Shown: positions 61,112 through 64,000 of the stretch, one piece after another | Layout: each line of letters begins with the position of its first letter | Position numbering within the stretch: the first letter of the stretch is position 1 | From: Haplodiscus bocki | Lineage: Eukaryota | NCBI GenBank assembly: GCA_965655095.1 | Contig: OZ296648.1 | Coordinates: 135,656,001 to 135,720,000, forward strand | Length of the DNA stretch: 64,000 nt | Direction: 5' to 3' | The notes under the pieces: generated by a model | What the model was told of the DNA's origin: nothing | Seen by the model: the letters and a program-made list of their open reading frames with translations, nothing else | The model's database searches: none | Program-made: the position numbers and the translations under genes

Positions 61112-64000
61112 TTCCTCAGCAGATTTACTGACTTCAATCAGACACGACGTAAATTTTCAGTTTCACAAACAATTTGGAAAATTGAAAATTTTTGGCAAAA
61201 AATCGCAGCAAGTAACTGAAGTTGCGTAAAAGTAAGGCCACAAAAGTTTTTGAGAGGTTCTTAGTGCTTCCGACTGGTGTAAACCAGGCATCAATTTAAT
61301 TTAGTTGTTGCAGGTGAAAATTTCTCGTATTCAAGGGCCTGAAAGAAATCAGTAACTTTGTTTCACCTATAAAACATGTAGCTTGTTTTAACAGATGTAA
61401 AAATGAAAAGGTCTGTCCATATTCCGAAAAAAATGACTTATACAAGACGAACAGAGACCACATTTAATATACGAAGAAGCTCATGAGTTCTGTAGTCTAA
61501 AAAATGCATTTAATAACAATTTCATAAAAATGAGGGGGGTAGACAGAATTGTTGCTACAACAATTTTGTTTCAGTTGGGAGAAACAATGGGAAGCTTTAC
61601 ATTTCCATCATTCTTCGTCGAAATCTCTTTTTCTCTCACAAAATTTGAGAATCAAATTTTCAGCGCTCATTTCAGTGAACTACAACGTAAACCACTACTG
61701 AATGTTTTTGGGCGTCAAAAGAATGAACTTAGTAATTTTTTCATAAAACTTCAACGTTGGGAACCTTCTTAAAATCAAGAGCTTAGTAACAAATTCTACA
61801 AACCGTATTCGCTGTCTTTTTCATGTCGTTTTGTCAACGTTGATAGTTGAACAGGCACACTGATAGAACAGAGGGAAAGTTTCAAGAATCCAGATTGGAA
61901 AAACCTTGACGAAAACATAAAAAAATTGGATCAAGGAGGTTCTAAAAGTGCCATAGGTTTGAGCAATTCCAACTGCCTAGCATTTTTCAGACACAGTTAA
62001 TCGTTGTGATATAGTTTCCATCTTGGACTTGAAAAACTGAATTGGTTAAAGTCTTTCATCAATATGGCTATGACGCCGTTGTTTCTTATTGTGTCTTGAT
62101 TCCGTCTATTGACATTTAGATAAAGATCATTTTTCGGCTGATCTATTACAAGTGAAGTTTTTTTGAAATTTTTGAATTTCTGGCAGTGGAGTCATTTCTT
62201 TAAATCTTTACTGCAGGAAAAAAAGGAGCCTCAACGTGGACCTCACGATTCGAAAGCATTGAGTTTTAAACGTCGAAGCTAGCCCAAGAGAGAAAATTGA
62301 CAATTAATGAAAATAATATTTCCTGAAAGAAACCTTCCACAGCCAGCAATTACACGTGAGAAAACGTTACGCATATTAAACAGATGTTTATAAAGTTAAA
62401 ATTGAAATACCTTTCAATTTTTAATCAATCACTTTACAAACTTCAACGAGGGCTTATATATGTCTTCGGTGAAACATATGTCAAACGTGAACAGTCGATC
62501 TAGCATAAGGTTGAAGAAGTGAATTGTCATCCGTCCAGCAAAAATGCAAATGACTCTGGGGGATCAGAGTATCAGGATGGGATTTGGAAGAAAAACCTTG
62601 TGAATAAAATAGTAATATCAACAATAAAAAAAATAAAATGCTTCAGGAAAATCAATTATTTAAGATGAGGAAAAAAATCAAACAACGGAAGGAGTAATTT
62701 GAAACTCGGTAAAATGTTGAACAATTGATAGAATTATACAGCTGAAGAAATGCTCCGTTAACTGCTCAATCCGGAGTATCGAAACTCATTGATTCCGCGA
62801 AAACATGAGAAATTTTGAATTGTCAGTACAGTCTTGAAAGAAGGTATTTATATATAGGAAAACAGCATTTCGGAAAATTGGTTGGGTGCGTTTTCCAAAT
62901 ATGTTGACCGCAAAAGCAGGACAGTCATGTCAATCGGAAGTCATGAGTAGAAAACGAAATTATTTAGAGAAAATAGCTCGGACAACCTTGTAAACAAATG
63001 AAGAAAGCGAATTAACGGGAAAACATCAAGCCACAATGAAGCGTGCAGTAGTTTTCACTGATTTTCTAATCAAGTGCTGATTGAACAACAATATTGGTCA
63101 GTGAAACTTTATACCACTACAAGGGGAAACGGGACCATTGCCGTCAAGAAACGGTTGATTCAAACAAAAAGATAGAGCTACACCGCAGGAAGCCTTAAAT
63201 CAAGAAATGATTGTGATCAATCGTGTTATCCATTACAAAACAAAACAAAGGAAAAATAAAAATTACCTACTAGATGCGCAATGCAACGTTTCCATTAAAA
63301 GAAAACCACAGATGCCCGGAAAAAAATTTGCATTTGGCGCCGATCAGAAATAAGGCATCATACCGTTGCCTCTTTTTTGTGAACAGTAAAATTTCATTAA
63401 CAAAACTATTCAGAAATTAAAATTCGAAAGCGGAGGAAGGGGCGGTTGATATTATTTAGACACATTTTCCAAAAAAAACCCTTTTAAGTCATAACAATCA
63501 TTGGAACCCTTGAAAATGAGTTTCATTGGTATCAGAAAGTGGAGAACCTTCCTCGTGATTTTTGAGGTTCAAACAACGCGTAAGGTTCCTGCAAGCCACC
63601 CGTTTCCAACATTCTGATGTTTGTTCATTAAATATTAGTATCCCGTTGCAAAGTCCCATTATCATGACTATCTCTGCAGAAGACATTAGAAGCAGCAAAA
63701 CATTTGTTTCTTCCACCAAGGCAGAAGCCAAACATACCTTTGGAGTGCGTAATTGAACACCAATCAAGTTTTTTCTTTGTTTAAAGAAACAAAAACAGCT
63801 GTGAGAGACAAAAAACGATTTCTCTGGAAACAGCTGCAAAAGAAACAGCAAAAGTTGAGGTAAAAATTTCGAGTTTAAAACAAACCTTTATTCACATTTA
63901 TTATTTTAAGTACGAATAAATTATAGAAATGAATTTGACAATAACGCAGAATTTTGCTAGCTGGAGAAAAAGCTCAAAAGCAGCTATTAAACTGAAATGT

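Larger units (their letters stand above)
47325..64000 (-). mobile_element. E2: diverged, decaying Helitron-like element, right end outside the window
   Basis: Same gene order and spacing as E1 (left end to RepHel ATG 13.49 kb vs 13.42 kb). Its left end is closely similar to E0. No terminal junction motif seen before 64000. Confidence 0.88.

Overview
Eukaryotic, AT-rich DNA in two parts. (1) 1-28326 is a non-coding satellite of diverged ~185-200 bp monomers in higher-order repeats (HORs) whose period changes along the array (1350, ~2325, 1333, 2469, 1888/1836 bp), an organisation typical of (peri)centromeric arrays. (2) From 28327 the satellite is interrupted mid-monomer by a head-to-tail train of rolling-circle (Helitron/Helentron-like) elements: E0 (1.05 kb, non-autonomous), E1 (16.9 kb, intact), E0' (near-identical to E0) and E2 (diverged, decaying, runs off the window). 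E1 and E2 carry the same three minus-strand genes: a ~2700-aa OTU protease + Cys-rich + HUH Rep + Pif1-like helicase + GIY-YIG nuclease protein, a two-exon SGNH/GDSL hydrolase, and a ~335-aa Cys-motif protein (possibly OB-fold). All four junctions read CT(G/C)GGTG|GTCA, including the one with the satellite, which suggests sequence-specific, self-targeting insertion. Conserved non-coding signals include a 13-12-13 inverted repeat upstream of RepHel, a recurring intergenic 14-mer, splice acceptors directly before the downstream ATGs and a CTCF-like terminal motif. All calls come from visual motif recognition and manual alignment; no database search was run, so novelty is unverified.
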